Assembly: GCA_049661965.1 (NCBI GenBank)
Contig: JBATAS010000245.1
Location: forward strand, 538-64,537
Direction: 5' to 3'
Origin: Ferruginibacter sp.
Lineage (GTDB): Bacteria > Bacteroidota > Bacteroidia > Chitinophagales > Chitinophagaceae
Length of the DNA: 64,000 bases
Part shown: positions 45,658 through 55,147 of the stretch, in pieces
Layout of the letters: the number at the start of each line of letters is the position of its first letter
Numbering within the stretch: position 1 is the stretch's first letter
Program-made: the position numbers and the translations under genes
Notes under the pieces: model-generated
What the model saw: only the letters and a program-made list of their open reading frames with translations
Told to the model about the DNA's origin: nothing
The model's database searches: none

Positions 45658-46818
45658 ATGAAAGCAAAATCAATCAAAGGAAAATCAACGGAAGAAATTA
45701 AAGCTGCATTTGTAAAAAGTATAGCAGACGGTTTTAAACCCACACTGGCCATTTGTTTTATTTCAAAAACATTGGATAGAACAACCATCAGTAATTTGCT
45801 GGATGCGGCAGGCATCGGTGTTTTTGGTTGTACTACTAATGGTGAATTTATTGATGAAGAAACAGAAAAAGAATCGGCAGCCATTCTTTTATTAGACATG
45901 AATAAAGATCATTTTCAAATTTATTTTGAAGAGTATCCCAAAAAAAATTACAGGGAGGTAGCAAGCGGTATCGCAAAAATGGCCGGGGAAAAATTTGCTG
46001 CTCCGTCATTTTTAATTGGACTCAGCGATCCCAAAGCAGATGGGGAATCTGTTCTTCATGGATTTGAGGATGTGATTGGAAAAGAGGTGAATGTTTTTGG
46101 GGGTGGTGCCGGCGATGACTATACGTTTACAGAAACAGCTGTTTTTACCAATGAAAAAGACAGCGGCAATGCCATAGTATGTATTGCACTGGATGAAACC
46201 AAAGTAGAAATAAAGGGCATTGCCACCTGCGGATGGCGGGCTGTGGGTACTGAAAAGCTGGTAACCAAAAGTGAAGGCAACCATGTGTATACAGTAGATG
46301 ATATGCCCGTACTTGATCTTACAGCAAAATACGGAGGTATCGAAAATGTAACTCCGGCGAATGGAAATCTGCTGATGGAAATTGCTGCCAATTTTCCGTT
46401 GCAATTACAAAGGGAAAAAGGCGACCCCATTATGCGGCCAGGCTTAATGGTTGACTGGAACGACCGTTCTTACTATACACGTGGTACAGTACCTCAAGGA
46501 TCAAAAGTACGTTTCTCACTCCCACCCGATTTTGATGTAATGGAAAAAGTAATAAAAGGAGTAGAAAATTTAAAAGCTACCGAAATGCCCGAGGCCGATG
46601 CATTGGTTGTATTCAGCTGTGCCGGCAGGATACTTTCGTTAGGACCATTAATGAGTCAGGAATTGGAAGGAATAAAAAATGTATGGAATGTGCCGATGGC
46701 AGGGATGTTCTCTAATGCGGAATTGGGAAGAGCCACTGGGGGCAATCTGGAAATGCATAACCTCACTACTTGTTGCATAGCATTAAAAGAAAAAACCCCT
46801 CCGCCCCCTAAAGGGTGA
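45658..46818 (+). CDS. FIST domain sensor protein 3 (NosP-like)
   Basis: GCTTNGE, FGGGAGDD, GW..VG, VFSCAGR, GMFSNAELG, MHN. Confidence 0.92.
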   Translation: MKAKSIKGKSTEEIKAAFVKSIADGFKPTLAICFISKTLDRTTISNLLDAAGIGVFGCTTNGEFIDEETEKESAAILLLDMNKDHFQIYFEEYPKKNYREVASGIAKMAGEKFAAPSFLIGLSDPKADGESVLHGFEDVIGKEVNVFGGGAGDDYTFTETAVFTNEKDSGNAIVCIALDETKVEIKGIATCGWRAVGTEKLVTKSEGNHVYTVDDMPVLDLTAKYGGIENVTPANGNLLMEIAANFPLQLQREKGDPIMRPGLMVDWNDRSYYTRGTVPQGSKVRFSLPPDFDVMEKVIKGVENLKATEMPEADALVVFSCAGRILSLGPLMSQELEGIKNVWNVPMAGMFSNAELGRATGGNLEMHNLTTCCIALKEKTPPPPKG

Positions 46819-46853
46819 ACTGAGGCAATCAAATGTTTTTAATATAAAAATTG

Positions 46854-47912
46854 ATGAATCAACATTTACAAAAAATACTGGATTTTATTACGCAAGCCGG
46901 ACACTTATCGGCTGAGGAAAAAGCCGCTTTGAGTAAAGCAGTAAAAGATTCCGACACCGCATTAACCATCTCCGAATTTAAACTGGAACGTACCGAAAAA
47001 GTAAAACGCACTACTGCCATTTTACTGGAAGAAACCATTGAAGAACTGGAGCAGAAAAGAAAAGCGGTGGAAGAAACGAATGACGCACTGCAACAATCAC
47101 TGGACGATCTGAAAGCGGCGCAAACCCAATTGATCCAGTCCGAAAAAATGGCCAGCCTGGGAGAGCTTACTGCAGGTATAGCCCATGAAATTCAAAACCC
47201 ATTGAATTTTGTAAACAATTTCAGCGAAGTAAGTACCGAACTGGTTGATGAAATGAATGAAGAGATTGAAAAAGGAAATTTAGATGATGCTAAGCAGATT
47301 GCACAGGACCTCAAACAAAATCTCGAAAAAATAAATCACCACGGCAAGCGGGCCGGCGAAATTGTAAAAGGCATGCTGCAGCATAGCCGTACCAGCAGCG
47401 GACAAAAAGAAGCAACCGACATCAATGCACTGGCAGACGAATATTTAAGACTGGCTTATCATGGCTTAAGGGCAAAAGATAAAACCTTTAATGCCGCTAT
47501 GAAAACAGACTATGAGGAAAATATCGGCCTGCTAAAAATAATACCACAGGATATTGGCCGGGTTATTCTAAATCTTATCACCAATGCATTTTATGCGGTA
47601 AATGAAAAAAAGAAAATGAATATTGCCGGTTACGAACCGGTGGTAACAGTTACAACAAAAAAACTTGCCGACCGCATTGAAGTACGTGTAAAAGATAATG
47701 GCAACGGCATTCCCGAAAAAGTATTAGACAAAATATTTCAACCCTTCTTTACCACCAAGCCCACCGGGCAGGGAACAGGATTAGGATTGTCTTTAGCGTT
47801 TGATATTATTACCAAAGGGCATGGTGGAGAGTTGAAAGTGGAAACGGAGGAGGGAGAAGGCTTGCCTGCCGGACAGGCAGGAACGGAGTTTATTATTTTG
47901 TTACCAGTTTGA
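46854..47912 (+). CDS. Cytoplasmic histidine kinase lacking a recognisable sensor domain
   Basis: Coiled coil, then SEKMASLGELTAGIAHEIQNP H-box, NLITNA, DNGNGIP, FFTTKP.G.GTGLGL. Confidence 0.93.
   Translation: MNQHLQKILDFITQAGHLSAEEKAALSKAVKDSDTALTISEFKLERTEKVKRTTAILLEETIEELEQKRKAVEETNDALQQSLDDLKAAQTQLIQSEKMASLGELTAGIAHEIQNPLNFVNNFSEVSTELVDEMNEEIEKGNLDDAKQIAQDLKQNLEKINHHGKRAGEIVKGMLQHSRTSSGQKEATDINALADEYLRLAYHGLRAKDKTFNAAMKTDYEENIGLLKIIPQDIGRVILNLITNAFYAVNEKKKMNIAGYEPVVTVTTKKLADRIEVRVKDNGNGIPEKVLDKIFQPFFTTKPTGQGTGLGLSLAFDIITKGHGGELKVETEEGEGLPAGQAGTEFIILLPV
47861..47881. repeat. 21-bp REP-like palindrome inserted in frame in the kinase gene
   Basis: CTTGCCTGCCGGACAGGCAGG encodes LPAGQAG, which is absent from the paralogous kinase end. 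Confidence 0.75.
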
Positions 47913-47914
47913 GA

Positions 47915-48160
47915 TGAGCCGTGCCGACCTGCCTGCCGGCAGGCAGGTGGCACTCGATTGATGTATCTCTTTTCTGGGCTGGACTAAAGTCCAGCCTTAC
48001 AAAACAAAACTGAGCCTACGGCTCTTCATACTGCGCAAGCAGGCAGTACTATGCTGAGTCCAATGGCGTAGCCACGGTACTATTTTGTAACTCCGGACTT
48101 CAGACCGGTGCAGAAAAAAAAGAAAAGTAAACCAAAAAGGCGTAGCCTCGGTGCATATAA
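47915..48160. repeat. Cluster of REP-like palindromes in the intergenic region
   Basis: Perfect 22-bp ACCTGCCTGCCGGCAGGCAGGT (47927-47948), GGCTGGACT-AA-AGTCCAGCC (47977-47996), GAGCC-TAC-GGCTC (48012-48024), CCGGACTTCAGACCGG (48093-48108), GGCGTAGCC(A/T)CGGT x2. Confidence 0.75.
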
Positions 48161-48172
48161 AAGCAACCAATA

Positions 48173-51100
48173 ATGAAACTAACAAAAAAACTGGAAGCGG
48201 AAATTAAAAAGGTTATGAATTCCTATTGGGATAGTTACCTGGAAGGCGACCTTAAAACATGGGCCTCATTTCTTCCCAGTGACTACCGGAATATCGGAAC
48301 GAATAAAGAAGAAGAATGGAACAGCAAGAAAGAAATTGTTGACTATACCAAAAGAGTATTCAGTAAGGCTGTGGGCAAGGCAGAATTAAGAAACAAGAAA
48401 ACAAAAATCATCCCATACGACCCGTACATTATGGTACATGAGCTCGGCGACCTCTTTATAAAAATGGAAGATGGCTGGACGTTCTATCAACAATTCAGGT
48501 TGTCTTCACTTTTGGAAAAAACCAACACCGGCTGGAAGATCCTTCATCAGCATGGCTCGTACCCTGATTCAAAAACAGAGAAAGGAGATGCTTTTGCTTT
48601 TGATGAAATAAAAGCCGAAAACAAAAAATTAAAAGATGCCGTACAACGCCGCACTATTGAACTGGAAATAAAAAACCGGGAGCTGGAAATTGAAACATCT
48701 TTAGAAAAAGTACGGGCCGTTGCCATGAGTATGAGTAAGCCCGATGATTTACTCAACATCTGCGAAGTCTTATTTAAAGAACTTTCAAAAACAGGATTTC
48801 AGGATATACGTTGCGCCCTCATTCACATTTTTAATGATGACAAAGGACACTTCGATGACTATGATTATTCAGACTTTACCGGAGGAAAGATTTCAACAAT
48901 GCCCTACAAAGGGAACACAGTTGTAGAAAATTTTCTGAAACGTATCCGGAAATCGAAAGAATCATTTACAGAGTTGGTGGTTAAAGGAAAAGAACTTGCA
49001 GATTTTTTAAATTTCAGAAAAAAAACCGGACAGTTACAAGATAAAAGGCTGCTAAAGACAAAAGAAATCAATTACTATTTCTTTTCAGTTGGTCTCGGAA
49101 ACATTGGCATTTCAAATTTTGGAAAAATCAGCAAAGAGCAACTGCTGATATTAAAACGATTCCGTAATGTATTTAATCTGGCCTATCAACGATATACCGA
49201 TATTTCATTGGCAGAAGCCCAGGCAAGAGAGGCGCAAATAGAAGTGGCCCTGGAAAGGTTACGTAACCAGAGTATGCTCATGCAGCATTCGCAGGAGATA
49301 CAGGATTTATCAAAAATATTTCATGAGCAATTACATGAATTGCAAATTCCTTCTGAATTTTCCTATATCTGGCTGCCCGATGAAAAAAAAGGAGAACACC
49401 TATTTTGGGCTACCTGGACGGAACAAACAAAAAACAGCCTTAGCACAGAAAGTAAATCCATTGTTTATCCTTTAGATAAAAAAGAAAAATATACGGCCGC
49501 CTGTTTTAAAGCCTGGAAAAGTAAAACACCGGTTCATATCCATAAAATACCGGCAAAGGAAACGGCTGCTTTTTTTGAAATCTGGAAAGAATTACTAAAG
49601 GGAGCCGGTAAATTAAAAGCCCGTTATTTCCGGGATGGACTTTTTTATGCAGAGTCGTACATGAAATATGGTTGTTTTGGGATTAATATCCGCCGTACAT
49701 TAACACAGGAAGAACAGGATATCTTATTCCGTTTTACCATTGAATTTGAAAGAGCATACACCCGTTTTCTCGATCTGCAAAAAGCAGAAGCCCAGGCAAG
49801 AGAAGCACAAATTGAAGCATCACTGGAAAGAGTTCGTTCCCGGAGTTTGGCCATGCACAATACTTCCGAATTACAAGAGGTCATTCATGCCGTACATAAA
49901 GAATTCATTCATTTAAATATTGCTATTGATGGAGGTTCATTTATTGCTATTAACAGTGATATTGACACAACACTCCGTTGCTGGGGTTCTGGAGGCACTG
50001 CCGATACAACGGAAGAAGTAAACATCCCACTCTATAAAAAACCCTTTTGTACTAACCTTATAAACAGGATAAAAAAAGGCCCGAGATTTTATACCGAAAC
50101 ATTTACACAGAAAGAGAAAAAAGATTTCTTCACATTTTTATTTAAACATGAACCCTGGTCCAAACTGAAAGTCAAAGAAAAAAAAGAAACCCTTTCAAGT
50201 CCGGGAGGATATACCCGGTCCGTTTGTGTATCTGAACATACCAGCATTTTTATAATCAACCATCATGGTGAAATTTTTTCAGCTGATGATAATGATATTC
50301 TCAAACGCTTCGGTAAAGTATTTGAACAATCCTATACCCGTTTCCTCGATCTGCAAAAAGCAGAGGCACAAACAAGAGAATCGCAAATTGAATTAGGACT
50401 GGAAAGGGTTAGAGCCAGAGCCATGGCCATGCAGACTTCAGCTGAGTTGTCAGCATTGGTAGATACCGTTTTTAAAGAACTGGCAAATCTTGATTTTGCA
50501 CTTTCCTGGTGCATCATCAATATCATAGATGAACCATCTCTTACCAATATGGTGTGGGCTGCCAATCCGGATACCAATAAACCACCCGAATCTTACCTGA
50601 TGAAGTTTGAAGATTATCCTTTTCACCATTCCATGATGAAAGGGTACCGGGAAAGAAAGCCGAAGCATGTTTATGTGATTGAAGGGAAAGAGAAAAAAGA
50701 ATATGATGAATATTTATTCAACAAAACTGAATGGAGAAGAGTCCCCAAAAAAGCACAGGCGGCATCAAGAGCAATGAAAAGATATGTGGCCTCATTTACG
50801 TTCAGCAATTTTGGCGGATTACAAACCGTAACTGAAGAACCTTTGTCTGATGATAGCCTCGATATTCTTCACCGCTTTGGAAAAGTTTTTGATGGCACTT
50901 ATACCCGTTTTAACGATCTGCTGAAATCGGAAGCGCAGGCAAGAGAGGCAGAAATTGAATTGGCATTAGAAAGAGTAAGGGCCAGAACCATGGCCATGCA
51001 ACACAGTGATGAATTATCTGCATCATCATTATTATTAGATCAACAGGTAAGAGCATTGGGAATAAAAACCAGAGGTTGCGCATTTAATATTTATGGAAAG

Positions 51101-54100
51101 GATGATTCTACAGAATGGTTTAGTTCAGAGGCGGGTACCATACCTTCTTACAAAACACCAAGAGAAAAAATTTTTAAAAAGTATTATCAATTGGGGCTTT
51201 CAGGAACAGCATTGCATATTGAGAAATTTGACGATAAAGCCTGTGCCAAGCATTACGATTACCTGGAGACAATTCCGATTATGGGGGATGATATACGTCA
51301 TTTGAAAAAGATTGGTGCAGTCCCAGAACGACAGATAGACCATATTGCATATTTTAAGTATGGTTATTTATTATTCGTAACACTGGATGCCGTTGCAGAA
51401 GCACATGATATTTTTAAACGTTTTGCAAAAGTTTTTGAACAGACCTATACCCGCTTCCTCGATCTGCAAAAAGCAGAGGCAAGTGCAAGAGAAGCACAGA
51501 TAGAAGCAGCCGTGGAACGGGTAAGGGCTGAAGCAATGGCGATGCATTCTACGTCCGACTTTGAGAAGGTGGTTAAGCAACTCCTGCAACAAATTCAACA
51601 TTTAAACCTGGAGGGCTTTACTGGTGCTCAAATCATATTAATTGATGAAAAGGAATTTTTGACTACCTGGGATTGTTCATCTCCAGGAAACATTAGTGAT
51701 CCCAAAAGTCAAACTATGAGATATGAAGCCAGGAGATTTCCAATTTTGGGACTCGAAGTTTTAAACAAATGGAAAGAAGGACATCCATATTTTGTAATGG
51801 ACTTTGATTTGAAAAAACTCCGTGCGGCTGTACTGGAATGGGAGAAGATTGATGTCAGTATAGCTAAAGTAATAAAAAAAGCAATTTCTACAGGTCAACT
51901 TACCCATCAATGGGAAGCTTGTGGCAGATTGTCCAATGGAATGATAGCATTCGATATGACAAAACCTCCCGATGATGATATTCGAAATATCACTATAAAA
52001 ATGACACATGCTTTTGAGCAGGCATATACCCGTTTTCTCGATCTGCAAAAAGCAGAAGCCAGTGCAAGAGAAGCACAGATAGAAGCAGCGCTGGAAAGAG
52101 TCCGTTCGCAATCCATGGGAATGCAGACCAGTAAGGACCTGAGCAACGTTACAACAGCTATGTTTGAGCAATTGAGAATGCTGGGTAGCGATTTATTTGC
52201 AACAGGTATTGTGTTTTGCGATAAACATGAAGGTCATGTAGAACAATGGCACAGCCTTCCTGAGGCAGGAATGATAAGTCCGTTTATAGTACCTGTAAAT
52301 CTGGATTATATTCATCAATACAGGTATGATCAATGGAAGCAAGGCACAGAATTGTTTTCAATAGAAATCCCGGGTGATTTTATAGAACAACATTTCAATG
52401 ATATTTTTAGTCTGCCTTCTGCACAGGTTGTGCTAAAAGAATTTGAAGCCAACAATACCCCCATGCCGGCAACTCCGCCATGGGAAATCGATTATGGCGC
52501 CTCATTCAAACATGGATACATACTTGCTTCGGCGCTGCAACCCTTTGCCGAAGCAAATATTCTTCCCCGTTTTGCAAAAGTGTTTGAACAGACTTATATC
52601 CGCTTTCTCGATCTGCAAAAAGCAGAAGAACAGGCAAGAGAAGCAAAAATCGAGGCATCACTAGAAAGAGTAAGAAGCAAGGCCATGGCCATGCATAACT
52701 CCCAGGACCTTGCAGATACAATTGGCGTTTTTTATAAAGAATTACAAACCTTCAGCATTACTCCCAGAAGATGTGGCGTAGGACTTTTGAATAAAGAAAA
52801 TAAAGAAGGTGAAATTTATACATGGAATACCAACGAACATGGCGAAAGCCTGGAACTGATAGGAACTATAAAAATGGAAGGACACCCCATTTTGGAAAAA
52901 ATTCATAGCAGCTGGCTTACAAAAACAGAATATCATCCGATACTCAGAGGAAATGAGATAAAAGAATATTATAAAATAGTAAGGCCAATGGTGGCATTTC
53001 CGGATTATGCCCAGGATGTAGTTCAATATGGATATTTCTTTTACTTTAATGAAGGAGGTGTTTATGCCTGGACCGAAAAAGAAATGATCGGGGAAGAGCT
53101 GCAGATTTTCCGTCGCTTTACATCTGTACTTAGTCTTACTTATAAAAGATATAAAGATTTAATACTTGCAGAAGCACAGGCAAGGGAAGCAAAGATTGAA
53201 ATGGCTTTGGAAAAAATCCGTTCCCGTACCATGGCTATGCAGCATAGTGATGAACTACCCGAAGCAGCTAATTTATTATTCCTGGAAGTACAGGCATTGG
53301 GCATTCCGGCATGGAGTGCAGGGTATAATATTTTATCGGAAGATAAAAAATCAAGTCATTGTATCATGAGCAGTGAAGGTGAGATGCAGATTCCTTTCAA
53401 ACTGCCATTAACCGAACATTCCAGCCTTATTCCCTGGTATGAAGCAATCAAAAATGATCTACCGTTTTTTGTGTACGAACAAGGCGGAGAAGATTTGGTA
53501 GAACATTACAGGTATATGGCTACACTACCTGAACTCGAACCCACATTAAAACAATTTGCAGATGCCGGTATTGCGTTGCCTACCCACCAGATCAATCACC
53601 TGGTACAGTTTCCAAATGGTTTCTTACTGTTTATTACTTACGAGCAAGTGCCAGAAGCACATGATATCTTCCAGCGGTTTACCAAAGTGTTTGAACAGAC
53701 CTATACCCGTTTCCTCGATCTTAAAAAATCGGAAGCACAAACAAGACAGGCACAAATAGAAGTGGCGCTGGAAAGAGTAAGAGCAAGAGCCTTAGCCATG
53801 CAGCAACCCGAAGAACTGAAAGAAGTTGCCGAAGTACTTCGCCAGGAAATGGGATTGCTGGGCGTGGAAGAACTGGAAACCTGCAGCATCTATATCAATG
53901 ATGAAAACGCAGAGCAGGCCGAATGCTGGTATGCATTAAAAGACCTTCGGTCGGAAGAAAAGAAATTAGTGAATGATCATTTTGCTCTAAACCTGAACGA
54001 TACCTGGGTGGGAAGAGAAATGCTTTCGTTTTATAATTCTGAAGAGAAACAAATCTCTATTTTGATGGCCGGTATCAACCGGGTGGAATGGATTCGTTTT

Positions 54101-55147
54101 TGCGAAGCCAACTCCGCTCCTTTCCGTGGATATTACGGCGATGAGATTCCCGACCGCACCTATCATCTGTATAAATTTTCGCATGGCGCCATTGGTGCCG
54201 CTTCTGCCGGAGATATTTCGGAAGAAAGCTGGAACTTGTTGCGACGAGCTGCTTCTGTTTTCTCTCTGGCCTATTCCCGTTTTAAAGATTTAACGCAGGC
54301 AAGAATAGATCTGCAAAAATTAAAAGAAGAAAAACAAAGAGCCGAAGATGCACTCAGCAATTTACAGGCCGCACAAAAGCAACTGGTACAATCAGAAAAA
54401 ATGGCTTCGTTGGGTGAACTCACTGCAGGTATTGCTCATGAAATTCAAAATCCGTTGAATTTTGTAAACAACTTTAGTGAAGTGAGTAAAGAGTTGCTTG
54501 ATGAAATAAAAGAAGAAATGGAAAAAGGAAACCTGGAAGATGCCAAAGAAATAATGAAGGATGTAATTCAGAATTTAGAAAAAATAAATCATCATGGCAA
54601 ACGGGCCGATGGTATTGTAAAAGGAATGTTGCAACATAGCCGCAGCAGCAGTGGTACAAAAGAACCAACTGATATCAATGCACTGGCTGATGAATATTTA
54701 CGATTGGCCTATCATGGTTTACGGGCAAAGGACAAATCTTTCAACGCTATAATGAAAACTGATTTTGATACTAGTCTGGAAAAAGTAAATGTGATACCAC
54801 AGGATATAGGAAGGGTGATACTCAATTTAATTACCAACGCATTTTATGTAGTGAATGAAAAGAAACAGCAAAAAAAGGATGGATATGAACCAACTGTAAC
54901 AGTAAGTTCAAAAAAAATAAATGGTAGTGTTGAGATAAGTGTAGCCGACAATGGTAATGGTATCCCACAAAAAGTATTAGATAAAATATTTCAACCCTTT
55001 TTTACCACCAAACCCACCGGGCAGGGAACAGGATTAGGCTTATCGCTGGCATTTGATATTGTTACTAAAGGACATGGAGGTGAGTTGCTGGTGGAAACAA
55101 AGGAAGGGAAAGGGAGTGAGTTTACCATTCAAATACCAACCGGTTAA
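48173..55147 (+). CDS. Giant soluble histidine kinase: NTF2/SnoaL-like N-terminus, ten GAF-like modules, HisKA/HATPase
   Basis: N-terminal ..WKILHQHGSYP NTF2-like end; ten 182-193 aa modules delimited by YTRFLDLQKAEAQAREAQIE..LERVR...MAM; C-terminal AHEIQNP kinase; no TM segment. Confidence 0.9.
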   Translation: MKLTKKLEAEIKKVMNSYWDSYLEGDLKTWASFLPSDYRNIGTNKEEEWNSKKEIVDYTKRVFSKAVGKAELRNKKTKIIPYDPYIMVHELGDLFIKMEDGWTFYQQFRLSSLLEKTNTGWKILHQHGSYPDSKTEKGDAFAFDEIKAENKKLKDAVQRRTIELEIKNRELEIETSLEKVRAVAMSMSKPDDLLNICEVLFKELSKTGFQDIRCALIHIFNDDKGHFDDYDYSDFTGGKISTMPYKGNTVVENFLKRIRKSKESFTELVVKGKELADFLNFRKKTGQLQDKRLLKTKEINYYFFSVGLGNIGISNFGKISKEQLLILKRFRNVFNLAYQRYTDISLAEAQAREAQIEVALERLRNQSMLMQHSQEIQDLSKIFHEQLHELQIPSEFSYIWLPDEKKGEHLFWATWTEQTKNSLSTESKSIVYPLDKKEKYTAACFKAWKSKTPVHIHKIPAKETAAFFEIWKELLKGAGKLKARYFRDGLFYAESYMKYGCFGINIRRTLTQEEQDILFRFTIEFERAYTRFLDLQKAEAQAREAQIEASLERVRSRSLAMHNTSELQEVIHAVHKEFIHLNIAIDGGSFIAINSDIDTTLRCWGSGGTADTTEEVNIPLYKKPFCTNLINRIKKGPRFYTETFTQKEKKDFFTFLFKHEPWSKLKVKEKKETLSSPGGYTRSVCVSEHTSIFIINHHGEIFSADDNDILKRFGKVFEQSYTRFLDLQKAEAQTRESQIELGLERVRARAMAMQTSAELSALVDTVFKELANLDFALSWCIINIIDEPSLTNMVWAANPDTNKPPESYLMKFEDYPFHHSMMKGYRERKPKHVYVIEGKEKKEYDEYLFNKTEWRRVPKKAQAASRAMKRYVASFTFSNFGGLQTVTEEPLSDDSLDILHRFGKVFDGTYTRFNDLLKSEAQAREAEIELALERVRARTMAMQHSDELSASSLLLDQQVRALGIKTRGCAFNIYGKDDSTEWFSSEAGTIPSYKTPREKIFKKYYQLGLSGTALHIEKFDDKACAKHYDYLETIPIMGDDIRHLKKIGAVPERQIDHIAYFKYGYLLFVTLDAVAEAHDIFKRFAKVFEQTYTRFLDLQKAEASAREAQIEAAVERVRAEAMAMHSTSDFEKVVKQLLQQIQHLNLEGFTGAQIILIDEKEFLTTWDCSSPGNISDPKSQTMRYEARRFPILGLEVLNKWKEGHPYFVMDFDLKKLRAAVLEWEKIDVSIAKVIKKAISTGQLTHQWEACGRLSNGMIAFDMTKPPDDDIRNITIKMTHAFEQAYTRFLDLQKAEASAREAQIEAALERVRSQSMGMQTSKDLSNVTTAMFEQLRMLGSDLFATGIVFCDKHEGHVEQWHSLPEAGMISPFIVPVNLDYIHQYRYDQWKQGTELFSIEIPGDFIEQHFNDIFSLPSAQVVLKEFEANNTPMPATPPWEIDYGASFKHGYILASALQPFAEANILPRFAKVFEQTYIRFLDLQKAEEQAREAKIEASLERVRSKAMAMHNSQDLADTIGVFYKELQTFSITPRRCGVGLLNKENKEGEIYTWNTNEHGESLELIGTIKMEGHPILEKIHSSWLTKTEYHPILRGNEIKEYYKIVRPMVAFPDYAQDVVQYGYFFYFNEGGVYAWTEKEMIGEELQIFRRFTSVLSLTYKRYKDLILAEAQAREAKIEMALEKIRSRTMAMQHSDELPEAANLLFLEVQALGIPAWSAGYNILSEDKKSSHCIMSSEGEMQIPFKLPLTEHSSLIPWYEAIKNDLPFFVYEQGGEDLVEHYRYMATLPELEPTLKQFADAGIALPTHQINHLVQFPNGFLLFITYEQVPEAHDIFQRFTKVFEQTYTRFLDLKKSEAQTRQAQIEVALERVRARALAMQQPEELKEVAEVLRQEMGLLGVEELETCSIYINDENAEQAECWYALKDLRSEEKKLVNDHFALNLNDTWVGREMLSFYNSEEKQISILMAGINRVEWIRFCEANSAPFRGYYGDEIPDRTYHLYKFSHGAIGAASAGDISEESWNLLRRAASVFSLAYSRFKDLTQARIDLQKLKEEKQRAEDALSNLQAAQKQLVQSEKMASLGELTAGIAHEIQNPLNFVNNFSEVSKELLDEIKEEMEKGNLEDAKEIMKDVIQNLEKINHHGKRADGIVKGMLQHSRSSSGTKEPTDINALADEYLRLAYHGLRAKDKSFNAIMKTDFDTSLEKVNVIPQDIGRVILNLITNAFYVVNEKKQQKKDGYEPTVTVSSKKINGSVEISVADNGNGIPQKVLDKIFQPFFTTKPTGQGTGLGLSLAFDIVTKGHGGELLVETKEGKGSEFTIQIPTG

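Noticed and set aside
49769..52626. Regularly spaced identical 20-mers as a CRISPR array or DGR
   Set aside because: Spacing is ~550-580 nt, in frame within a CDS; no cas or reverse transcriptase genes and no adenine-specific variation
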